20,000 nucleotides of DNA from an uncultured virus (IMG/VR IMGVR_UViG_3300021197_001811) (lineage: Duplodnaviria; Heunggongvirae; Uroviricota; Caudoviricetes): IMG/VR virus record IMGVR_UViG_3300021197_001811; one strand, 5' to 3'. The first letter of the stretch is position 1. Each line of letters opens with the position of its first letter. Positions 1 through 7,855 of the stretch are shown here, one piece after another. The notes below the pieces were generated by a model. That model made no database searches. It was not told the origin of the DNA and saw only the letters and a program-made list of their open reading frames with translations. Made by a program: the position numbers and the translations under genes.

Positions 1-1725
1 AGCTCTTGATAAGAATTGCTTAAGCTCGTTAATCGCACGGGCTGTTCTTGCTTTATCCGTAGCAGTATTCGGGAAATGAGACTCTGCAAACTGCCTTATT
101 TGTGCAGACGTGATCTCATCGGAATTAAAGATTGCGCTGTTGTCCTTAGTTCCGGTAGTGGGATTGAATTGGACTTCCTTGCTAAACTTTTTTCTCAATT
201 CTAACTCGAAGGCTCTGTTGTCGTCCGCTACTTGTTGTTTTACCTTTTTCGAACTGAGTAGATCTAATTCGTCAAGGCCTCCCATTATGCGAGACTTGTA
301 TCTTAAGTTTAATCCAAAAGTTCCGTCTTGATTGAATTCAAAAGTGTGCTCAACAAGCTCCATTATTAGCGTTACAATATTATTATCTATAGCAGACTTG
401 AGGTCTGAGCTTATCAGGCTTTCTGGTGCACCCTCTGGTACTGCCCAGCCGCATTGCACCTTGAACTGAAGGTCTCTATCTCTTGTCAACAGATCCGCGA
501 ACTTAATCGCGCGTGGTGTTGCCATCGAAAAGTTTTGGGCCATATTACCAGCCTCAAAGTTTTTTTGAAAATTCTTGAAGTTGAGCTTAGAGGCATCTTC
601 AATGTTTGGAACAAAAGTGCCAACGGTCTTATCAAACACTGCAAGGTTGTCTCCGTAAAGTCTCAAATTAGATTCGATTTGCTTCTTTGCAGTTTCCAGA
701 TACTTACCTTCGTAGGTCCAATCAAAGTTTTGGAAGCCTAACGATCTTGCCCTGCCGTGCTTTAATACCTCTTCTGCATCGATAAAGGTTCCCTGAAATG
801 GTAGCTCGAATTCTTGAGAGCCATATACAATGAACATCCTAAAATAGGGCACTAAGGCTGATATCTGTAGGTTCGTCATTCTCATGAACTCTTGCTTTCC
901 CCTGAACGCATATACCTCGTTTTCCAACGATGCGTCTGCTGGCTGACCTCTTAAGAAAGAGAATTTTTCATATTGGTGCTTGCTGTTTTGCTTTACTAGA
1001 TTCTCAATATTTGCTAGCAGCATCAGCTGTTCTTTAAAACTGTTCTGTTCTCGTTCCTTCTTCTTAACAGCTATTTCGGTGATTTTCTGTTTGGCTCTCT
1101 GCGTCCTGAGCGCGTTGCTCTCGCCCATAACGACGCCGAAAGTCGTCTTTTCACCCTTTATGTTAAACAGCTTGGGTGCGTTAGTATCAAAATTATTAAG
1201 TTCTGCGCTGAGGAGCTGGAGCCCGTCTCCATCTCCTACTGTCGAGATGGCTCTCCACTGGTCCGCAAAGGCAAAAGGATCTGTGAAATGCCGGCGGCCT
1301 GGATCGGATGGAGTATCAATATCTTGCCTTCCGAGGAAACTTTTCCAAAAAGCTCGGGCTTTGAGAGACTTTTTAGAGATGATATTCCCATCATCCTTGT
1401 TCATTGCCAGATATATTTTTAAGGCGTGGTCACCAACTCTACCACTGGGGAGCCTGGCATCAGTGGCGGAATGGCTTTTGGTTAGTACTAGTGCTTCGAT
1501 TCCCCATCGCGCGGTGTTGTTGAGGTTTGTGACCCTCACCCCTATGGTAGAAGAGCGTCGAAATAGTTGTGACCAATCAACCCCCTTATAGTCTTCCTGC
1601 TTGAACGCGAAATGAAGACCCAGAAGGGACGCTCCCCACCTGGCGATACGTTCTTTGGCATCAGGTTTAGTTGTATCTGACCACTTCATGGATAGAAGCT
1701 TTTTCTGTATCTCTCTTACCGACAT
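1..1725 (-). CDS. Large baseplate-region protein, probably baseplate hub-like (partial, at least 575 aa, runs off the left edge)
   Basis: Not in the ORF track. Manual translation: ATG at 1725 preceded by AAGGAG (overlapping the upstream TAA), open to position 1: MSVREIQKKLLSMKWSDTT...LGFQNFDWTYEG...FKVQCGWAVP...ELVEHTFEFNQDGTFGLNLRY... It follows the tube-initiator and LysM genes, where hub genes usually lie. The function is inferred. Confidence 0.7.
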   Translation of the reverse strand, partial: MSVREIQKKLLSMKWSDTTKPDAKERIARWGASLLGLHFAFKQEDYKGVDWSQLFRRSSTIGVRVTNLNNTARWGIEALVLTKSHSATDARLPSGRVGDHALKIYLAMNKDDGNIISKKSLKARAFWKSFLGRQDIDTPSDPGRRHFTDPFAFADQWRAISTVGDGDGLQLLSAELNNFDTNAPKLFNIKGEKTTFGVVMGESNALRTQRAKQKITEIAVKKKEREQNSFKEQLMLLANIENLVKQNSKHQYEKFSFLRGQPADASLENEVYAFRGKQEFMRMTNLQISALVPYFRMFIVYGSQEFELPFQGTFIDAEEVLKHGRARSLGFQNFDWTYEGKYLETAKKQIESNLRLYGDNLAVFDKTVGTFVPNIEDASKLNFKNFQKNFEAGNMAQNFSMATPRAIKFADLLTRDRDLQFKVQCGWAVPEGAPESLISSDLKSAIDNNIVTLIMELVEHTFEFNQDGTFGLNLRYKSRIMGGLDELDLLSSKKVKQQVADDNRAFELELRKKFSKEVQFNPTTGTKDNSAIFNSDEITSAQIRQFAESHFPNTATDKARTARAINELKQFLSRA

Positions 1726-1737
1726 CGATAAACTCCT

Positions 1738-2076
1738 TTATACCCCGTAGTAAGACAGAACGTCTTGTACTGGCGTTGGAATGTACACTACTTGGCCAAG
1801 TTCTAGGTGTGCCTCTGTGGGTGCTTGGTTAAACCAGGCTATGACCCACCACATTTCTGAGTTACCATAATACTGGTGAGCTAGTTTGAAATACTTGTCC
1901 CCGATTTTCCATCTGTGGGAGATGATGTTTAATTCTGCGATGTCTTCTGATGTTGGGTGCACCAAAACGGGAGTAGTAAAGATCTTTGCAAACTTTATCC
2001 CTCTCTCTTTTAATATCGGCTTATATCGATCCAGATCGTTGACCACTACCGGTCTATTTAAATATCTATCAGTCAT
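1738..2076 (-). CDS. LysM-like baseplate wedge protein (T4 gp53 / P2 gpX-like)
   Basis: Motif HRWKIGDKYFKLAHQYYGNSEMWWVIAWFN...LELGQVVYIP is the typical GD..LA..YYG....WW.IA..N pattern. TAATG overlap with the upstream gene. Confidence 0.85.
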   Translation of the reverse strand: MTDRYLNRPVVVNDLDRYKPILKERGIKFAKIFTTPVLVHPTSEDIAELNIISHRWKIGDKYFKLAHQYYGNSEMWWVIAWFNQAPTEAHLELGQVVYIPTPVQDVLSYYGV

Positions 2077-2912
2077 TACAGCTTCATCCTATTCAGTAGG
2101 GCATCTTCTTCGCCCATCTTGACTTTGGTCTTTGCCTTGCCGGGTGTGTCTTGCTGTGTTGCAGGCTTCTCCTTTTCACTTACCTTTAAATTTATAGGTG
2201 CAATCCATTTCTCACCTTCGACATTGGCGTTGATAGCCTTTGCTCCAGTCGCATTTGGAAATGCCTGCGCTCCTATCCACTTCTTCTTTGAAGCGTCCCA
2301 TCCCAAGTCGTGACTGTGAAGTACTTTGAAGTTTACGTCAACAGAATAGATTATTGGGTGAAATACTCCATAAGCTTCTGGAACAAAACCCATCTCTAGT
2401 TTTGGAGTGTATGAAAACCCATCCACATAGCCTATCAGGCCAGCTTCTAGAGGGCTTGTGCCTGTCTTGCTACCGGCATTAGCAGCGTTTTGTATTAAGT
2501 TAGCAAACTTAATCTTTATTAGAGGTGGTGCTGCCAGAGTCTTCGTTCCATTCTCTTTTGAAATCTCGTATGCTGGATATAGAAAGCTCGAAAGGTGCTG
2601 AAACTTGTGGGTATTTGCTTCTGCTTGCAAGCCAGACTCTGCCAATACATCGAAACCGAAAGTAATGGTTCTTTTTGTATTCTGGAATGTTGCTATAGGG
2701 TCCATTCGACCATATACATCTTCTTCTGACCAAGCTGAGCGAAACGCATCTTGAAACGATGTTAAGAAGGCCTCAAAGAATACTCCGTGACCGCTTGGTA
2801 CATGCTGGAAATGTATTGACCAACCACCTTGATTAGTTACTTGCTCAACTCCCGAGGTGTATCCATCTTTGTTCGTGTCTGTTTTCGATGTTGGATGCCT
2901 ATCTGATGACAT
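2076..2912 (-). CDS. Baseplate tube-initiator-like protein (P2 gpU / T4 gp48-gp54 / CIS tube-2 type)
   Basis: Motifs FEAFLTSFQDAFRSAWSEEDVYGRMDPIATFQNTKRTITFGFDV and LYP...APPLIKIKFANLI. Lies between the tape measure and the LysM gene. Confidence 0.7.
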   Translation of the reverse strand: MSSDRHPTSKTDTNKDGYTSGVEQVTNQGGWSIHFQHVPSGHGVFFEAFLTSFQDAFRSAWSEEDVYGRMDPIATFQNTKRTITFGFDVLAESGLQAEANTHKFQHLSSFLYPAYEISKENGTKTLAAPPLIKIKFANLIQNAANAGSKTGTSPLEAGLIGYVDGFSYTPKLEMGFVPEAYGVFHPIIYSVDVNFKVLHSHDLGWDASKKKWIGAQAFPNATGAKAINANVEGEKWIAPINLKVSEKEKPATQQDTPGKAKTKVKMGEEDALLNRMKL

Positions 2913-2915
2913 TGT

Positions 2916-5663
2916 TTAAACTCCCACGTTGTAAAAATCGTTATTCACTGTTGAGATCACAGATCTTGCAATCTCTTTCCTGTCTATCTTCAACACAATT
3001 TCCTTACCGTTGCCGCCGGCCATTAGACTTATAAGCTTATCTAGTTTCCTCGCAATGAGACCGCCCTCTTTTATTCCGACTATTTCATCGGACATGTTTG
3101 CGTTGGCGGCGCTCTTAAAGTCACTAACTGTAAAATCATTAACGGTCGGTGTCTTCGCCCTCGGTGAGACTTTGCCCGTTAGGTTTCCTGCTTCTTTGTT
3201 GAACTTATAGTTGACGGCGCCACAGCTGGGACCTCCCTGATTGGGTGGCGCGTTGCCGTTATTGTTTGCGCAGTAGTTGTACCGCTCTTTGGTAGACGCC
3301 TTTGCCCAATCTATACCAGATGACAATCTGGATTCCTCTGCAAACTCGCTTTTACCCTTGCTAAGGTCTATTGCTGTTCCTCCAGTACCGCCAAGGTAAC
3401 CGCCACCCTTCATAAGCGCCTTCGTTTGGTTTCCAGATTCCTGACTTCCAAGAGAGTCATAGAGGAGGTTGCCGAGGGCGAGGCCTCCCGCGAGGGCTAC
3501 GGCACCGCCCAATAGGCCTGCGCCTAGGCCGACGCCTCCTGCTCCAGCAGCTCCAGCAGTTCCAGCAGTTCCAGCAGCTCCAGCAGCTCCAGCAGCGCCA
3601 CCAAGGCCTCCCACTCCACCGACAGGAGGCACGACATCACCGACGCCGCCTCCACCGAATTGATCTCCCATCGCCATCAAAGAGTCGTTGCATATTCTAA
3701 CGCAGTCGCCCAGCAGGCCTCCTCCGCCTCCTCCGCCTTCGCCTCCGCCGCCGCCTCCGCCGCCTCCGGCAACGGCACGAAGAGCTGCAGCTGCTCCTCC
3801 CCCTTTACCACCTTTAAACATTGATACCATTCCTGCGATCTGAACACCTGCCGAAATTGCGGAACCAACTCCAAGAATAGTATTTTGGTTCCTTGCAACA
3901 AAGTCCATTACGCCGGAGGCCTCTTCTTGCATGCCAGTGAGCTTCTCTGATTCTAGTTTTGCTTTCTGATCTGACGTTAGGTTTTTAAATGTTTTCTCTG
4001 CTATATCTTCTTTCTTTTGTTTTCTTGTCTCCATTAAGAGTTCTTTATTAGTGTCGACACCGTTTTTAAGTAACTTATGAAGATCACCTGGATCCATTCC
4101 CAGTTTCTCCGAGACGGCCTTTACTATCTTTCTGTTGTCCATCAGTGCGCCGGAGGGATCCATATCTAGAATTGTTTCTCTAACCATCTTAATCTTGTCT
4201 GGTATGTCCGCATTTGCTAGTGCAATTGCATTAAGACCTTCGCCGATGCCCGCTCCTAAGATCTGGTTTATCGCTCCTGCTGTCTCTGCAGCACCTTCTA
4301 TTGTATCCATCGCGTCAAAGGAACCTATTAGGCCACTAACTTCTATTCCCAACTTGCTAGCAACGCGGATCATCTTCTCTTGAACTTTGACGAAATTGTT
4401 TCCGTATGCTGCAAGGCTCTTACTTCCCTGTTGGAAAGCTGCTGCGATCTCTGAAGGAGGTCGCTTAAGCTCGTCGGCGAGCGCCATCATATTTAGTGTC
4501 AACTGTTCTGCTTCGGCATCTGTCTTGCCCAACGCGTCTCTAAAAAACGCAAAGTTCTCTGCACTTTGTTGTGAAGATATTCCCGCTTGCTCCAGTATCG
4601 CAAAAGTCGTGGCTATACCAGCAACGTCCATCTTTTTAGGATCAGGATCAAACTTTGAATAAGCAGCCTGCAGATTCACAAGCGAGCTTACAAGTTCGTC
4701 ACTTTGAACGCTTAAGGATTCAGAAGCTAGAGCCTGTTCCGTCAGTATGTCTCTGAATCGGCCTCCATCTTCACTAGTAAGTCCTGTGGCTTTGTATACT
4801 TCTAAGCCTTGTTGCTGGATTGTTTTAACTTGTTCGAAAATCTGCTGAACACGAGAGAAGGCGATGTTTAGCGGATCGAACTGCTTTGCAATTCCCTTCC
4901 CGAATTTAGAGTTTACTAGCTTATTAACGCCCAAGAGCAACTTGCCCGTGGACCCTCCCGCTTTATCAGTTTCTTTGGCCAGGCCTGCGTTTGCATCAGC
5001 TAAGGCCTTTGTTGCTGCTTCAGCATCGGATTCAGCTTCAGCGAGGGCGCCGACGCCAGCGACAAGGTCTTTAGTCTTGTCTTGTTTCTCTTGAAGCGCT
5101 TTAAGCCTCTTTTTGGCTTCTTCGTCTTGTGTCTTTGCTTCTTCTGCTGCTTTTTGTGCAGCTGACTTGTATTCGTTCGCCGCTCCTGTGAGCGATTTAA
5201 ACCCATCGTAGAGATCAGTAAGTGTACCTTGTGTTGTTAGTCCAGTGTTGCCCAAGTTCAACATACTCTGGGCTGTATTCTTCATTACGCCAGCGAACAC
5301 CTGGCCTGCTGCGCCTGCCCTCTCTTGTGCTGCTGAAAGAGTGTTGAATCTTTTTTCGGCATCTTGGAGCGCGGTCGTTAGGGGACCTTGGATGGTTTCC
5401 CCCTGATCTATAGCCGCCTTGACATTGAGTTTTGCTATTTCGAACTGTTTCTCAGCTAGCGAAACGTCTAGCTTTCGCATCTCTGCGACACGACCGAGAA
5501 CAGCTGCGAGGTCTCTTTGCTTTTGAATGCTTGCTGTGTCTACTGCGCCTGCGGCGCCTGTGGAACTAACAATGGCTTTTGCCAGGTTGTCAAGCTCTTG
5601 GGCGTTAAGAGCGCCACCGACAGACTTTTGCAGAATAGCCTTAATTTCATTATAATTAGCCAC
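2916..5663 (-). CDS. Tape measure protein (915 aa)
   Basis: GTG start with GGAGG. Long Ala/Leu/Lys helical and coiled-coil sequence, two hydrophobic Gly/Ala segments, C-terminal IVLKIDRKEIA motif. Located downstream of the tube and chaperone genes. Confidence 0.85.
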   Translation of the reverse strand: MANYNEIKAILQKSVGGALNAQELDNLAKAIVSSTGAAGAVDTASIQKQRDLAAVLGRVAEMRKLDVSLAEKQFEIAKLNVKAAIDQGETIQGPLTTALQDAEKRFNTLSAAQERAGAAGQVFAGVMKNTAQSMLNLGNTGLTTQGTLTDLYDGFKSLTGAANEYKSAAQKAAEEAKTQDEEAKKRLKALQEKQDKTKDLVAGVGALAEAESDAEAATKALADANAGLAKETDKAGGSTGKLLLGVNKLVNSKFGKGIAKQFDPLNIAFSRVQQIFEQVKTIQQQGLEVYKATGLTSEDGGRFRDILTEQALASESLSVQSDELVSSLVNLQAAYSKFDPDPKKMDVAGIATTFAILEQAGISSQQSAENFAFFRDALGKTDAEAEQLTLNMMALADELKRPPSEIAAAFQQGSKSLAAYGNNFVKVQEKMIRVASKLGIEVSGLIGSFDAMDTIEGAAETAGAINQILGAGIGEGLNAIALANADIPDKIKMVRETILDMDPSGALMDNRKIVKAVSEKLGMDPGDLHKLLKNGVDTNKELLMETRKQKKEDIAEKTFKNLTSDQKAKLESEKLTGMQEEASGVMDFVARNQNTILGVGSAISAGVQIAGMVSMFKGGKGGGAAAALRAVAGGGGGGGGGEGGGGGGGLLGDCVRICNDSLMAMGDQFGGGGVGDVVPPVGGVGGLGGAAGAAGAAGTAGTAGAAGAGGVGLGAGLLGGAVALAGGLALGNLLYDSLGSQESGNQTKALMKGGGYLGGTGGTAIDLSKGKSEFAEESRLSSGIDWAKASTKERYNYCANNNGNAPPNQGGPSCGAVNYKFNKEAGNLTGKVSPRAKTPTVNDFTVSDFKSAANANMSDEIVGIKEGGLIARKLDKLISLMAGGNGKEIVLKIDRKEIARSVISTVNNDFYNVGV
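3541..3594. repeat. 9-bp tandem repeat (gYtccagca x6) encoding AGA/AGT repeats in the tape measure
   Basis: gctccagca gctccagca gttccagca gttccagca gctccagca gctccagca, read directly. Confidence 0.9.
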
Positions 5664-5684
5664 AGTTCGCCTCCAACTTTAGCA

Positions 5685-6002
5685 TCACTTGAATGGCCAA
5701 ACCAATCCAGTATCTTTCTGAAATTTGCCTACTGCGCCGTCGAGACGATACTTGGTTTTATATGTAGCTGGATTGTTTAGGCCATATTTGTTGTATGCTA
5801 TGATATAATCTTTCTCTGCAGACAATGCTCGCGTAAAACGGTCGATCTGCATCTCATTACCCTTCACCTTTACAGGATAGTATGTTCCTGTCATGAGGAC
5901 ATTCATCAGGCGCTGAAATTGTGCTCCCAGCTGGTGCATCGACAACGGAACTTCGTTCATTGCCGTGAAGTCAATCACTATTTCTTCGTTTTCTTTTGAC
6001 AA
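5685..6002 (-). CDS. Hypothetical protein (about 105 aa), probable TTG start at 6002
   Basis: GGAGG-ATCTAAAA-TTG TCA AAA GAA. The longer start in the track (6068) lies inside a terminator hairpin. The protein ends in TGLVWPFK. Confidence 0.75.
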   Translation of the reverse strand: MSKENEEIVIDFTAMNEVPLSMHQLGAQFQRLMNVLMTGTYYPVKVKGNEMQIDRFTRALSAEKDYIIAYNKYGLNNPATYKTKYRLDGAVGKFQKDTGLVWPFK

Positions 6003-6033
6003 TTTTAGATCCTCCAAGATATACAAGTAATCA

Positions 6034-6047
6034 AAACTAATTAGTTT
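6034..6047 (-). promoter_or_regulatory. Palindromic AAACTAATTAGTTT containing the recurring ACTAATTA motif (putative late promoter)
   Basis: Lies just after a terminator and about 35 nt before the TTG start. A similar core occurs upstream of other units. Confidence 0.5.
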
Positions 6048-6049
6048 CC

Positions 6050-6080
6050 AAAAAACAAAATGGGGCACGATGGCCCCATT
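6050..6080 (-). terminator. Rho-independent terminator
   Basis: Minus strand AATGGGGC-CATCGT-GCCCCATT followed by TTGTTTTTT, directly at the stop of the gp51-like ORF. Confidence 0.85.
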
Positions 6081-6265
6081 TATTTTTGCATTGCCTTTTC
6101 AGCTTGCTTGTTTTCCTGATCAAACTGCTTACTGAGTCTGTCAAGAAACCATCTTCTAATCTGAATTGGCAAATTATACGCTTCCGTAAAGCTCCAGCCT
6201 CCGTGGTGCTTCAGCAAAAAGAACTCTTCGTAAACGCTTTTTATGTAGTTATTATCCAGGCCAAA
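6080..6265 (-). CDS. gp51-like / tail assembly chaperone C-terminal segment, probably made as a frameshift extension of 6252..7094
   Basis: YEEFFLLKHHGGWSFTEAYNLPIQIRRWFLDRL resembles the gp51 / gpT-type pattern. The track's GTG start at 6310 has no SD. The frame overlaps the upstream ORF in +1. Confidence 0.7.
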   Translation of the reverse strand, partial: FGLDNNYIKSVYEEFFLLKHHGGWSFTEAYNLPIQIRRWFLDRLSKQFDQENKQAEKAMQK

Positions 6266-7094
6266 AGAAATCCCCCGTGATGGGGACCTCACTTTCCATC
6301 GTGTATCCACAATGACTACATTCAGCTTCCTGAATAAACTGCACGTTTGGCATAGACTCTTTATAAGCCTTTCTTATTTTCCTGGCGTCTAAGGCTGGCA
6401 TATTATCCACGAAGCCTGCGATATCATTACCGTCCGTAACACCGTTAACGCTATGAATCATTGCCTTAAGCATATCGGTCAAAGAACTATCTGGAAGGCC
6501 GTGCTTTTCCTTCATCTCTCTTGTCTTTGTTAGCCGTTCATCATCAGAACCTGTAAGGGCTTTGATTTCAACAACGGCTTCCGTCTTTGGAAGCTCAACT
6601 TCTATTGTGCCTCGCGGTGTATACTTAACTTTTTCATTGTTTCTGTTCGTATAACAATCTGTAAAGTTTCCTAAATCAAACGTGTGATCAAATTCCTTAG
6701 TACACGCCTCACAACTCATCTTTACTGGATATTCGTTACCATATCCTGTTATTCTTGCAGCAAACATCAAAGCGTTTCTGTCCCCTATCAAAAGGTCCGC
6801 TACAGAGACATCTTCCATGATGATATTCTGCAGCATTCTATCTATTGCGATTCCTCTTTTTAGGAGAGCCTGACTTGCCAATATATCTTCCTCTTTGGCA
6901 GTCATATGACGTATCTCTATTTCTTCCTTTCCGTGCAAAGCATGTCCAACAGGATATAGCTTCCCTCCCGAAGGGAGTTCCACTATTTCCGTTGGTACTG
7001 AAAAGTTTAATAGAGAGCCACCTTGAGGAGCGGTGGTTTGATGGAGGAGGGCGTCTGCCGATTGGCGCCTCCTCTGTTCATTTCTGTCTGACAA
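6252..7094 (-). CDS. Baseplate hub / tail assembly chaperone, T4 gp26-like, with two CxxC motifs
   Basis: TTG start with GAGAGG. Motifs VELPSGGKLY, IRHMTAKEEDIL, DRNALMFAARITGYG, CEAC and CSHCG, ending in FFWPG. Confidence 0.8.
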   Translation of the reverse strand: MSDRNEQRRRQSADALLHQTTAPQGGSLLNFSVPTEIVELPSGGKLYPVGHALHGKEEIEIRHMTAKEEDILASQALLKRGIAIDRMLQNIIMEDVSVADLLIGDRNALMFAARITGYGNEYPVKMSCEACTKEFDHTFDLGNFTDCYTNRNNEKVKYTPRGTIEVELPKTEAVVEIKALTGSDDERLTKTREMKEKHGLPDSSLTDMLKAMIHSVNGVTDGNDIAGFVDNMPALDARKIRKAYKESMPNVQFIQEAECSHCGYTMESEVPITGDFFWPG

Positions 7095-7118
7095 CTTAAC
7101 CTCTCTTTCTTATGTTGT

Positions 7119-7127
7119 ATTATAACA
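7119..7127 (-). promoter_or_regulatory. Extended -10 sigma70-type element TGTTATAAT
   Basis: Perfect TGnTATAAT about 25 nt upstream of the TTG at 7094. No consensus -35. Confidence 0.55.
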
Positions 7128-7155
7128 CATCTAAATGGTTATTTTACTATTTCTT

Positions 7156-7788
7156 CTAGTTTCTTGTAGCAGTTCCCTGATTGAATCCCTGACGCTTGCC
7201 ACCGATTGGGGTCTGCGCTGCCAGGTGTACACGACTACTGTCTGGTGACTTAATTGATGCCCAGTCGTACCTAATGGTAACCGTGAGATTCAACAGGTCG
7301 TCAGACGTATAATCAAGTTCATCAAAATCAACAGACTTTATCCAAGCGTTATAGAAAGTCCACTCTTCAACTGGTGCGCCTTCGGCGTCCAAGAGCATCA
7401 AGTACATTCCGTTGATAGCTTGGGTTGCTGCTTTTTTGGTTATAACGCCGATGTTGTTCTCAGCGCCTTTACCCAATCCGAGATTATTCTGAGCAAACTT
7501 ATCTGGAGTTCTGTAGCCGGATTTCTCTAAGAGTTTATACATCGTAAGTGATGCATCCGGATTTATAGGATCAGCCATTGTCATAGTTAACTCATCATAG
7601 GAAACTCTTCCTGGATAATAAAACTTGTAATTTAGAAAATCGTGCTCTGCTTCACTTAGACTGATCTTTGGACGTGAAGCTTTCTTCATGATCCAGTGTG
7701 GAACACCATTGAAGCCCATTATCCATCGAAACTTTCTTTTTGGTTCGACGTCTACGCTGCTCCAAAAATTGTTAAATCCGGTACTCAT
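7156..7788 (-). CDS. Tail tube protein (T4 gp19-like)
   Basis: Motifs EPKRKFRW, YYPGRVSYDELTMT..DP, VEEWTFYNAWIKSVDFDELDYTSDDLLNLTVTIRYDWA. SD AGGAGG. Follows the sheath gene. Confidence 0.92.
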   Translation of the reverse strand: MSTGFNNFWSSVDVEPKRKFRWIMGFNGVPHWIMKKASRPKISLSEAEHDFLNYKFYYPGRVSYDELTMTMADPINPDASLTMYKLLEKSGYRTPDKFAQNNLGLGKGAENNIGVITKKAATQAINGMYLMLLDAEGAPVEEWTFYNAWIKSVDFDELDYTSDDLLNLTVTIRYDWASIKSPDSSRVHLAAQTPIGGKRQGFNQGTATRN

Positions 7789-7814
7789 ATTTCAAATTCC
7801 TCCTAAAAAGTTTG

Positions 7815-7840
7815 TGTCACAACTTTAATTAGTTGTGACA
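7815..7840. promoter_or_regulatory. Perfect 10-bp inverted repeat (TGTCACAACT-N6-AGTTGTGACA) between sheath and tube genes
   Basis: Read directly. On the minus strand it contains ACTAATTA and is followed by CAAACTTTTT and the SD. Confidence 0.65.
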
Positions 7841-7855
7841 ACTGTTTTATCTATC

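Noticed and set aside
6003..6068. N-terminal 22 aa of the 127-aa ORF
   Set aside because: It overlaps a terminator and the putative promoter. A TTG with GGAGG at 6002 is the better start.
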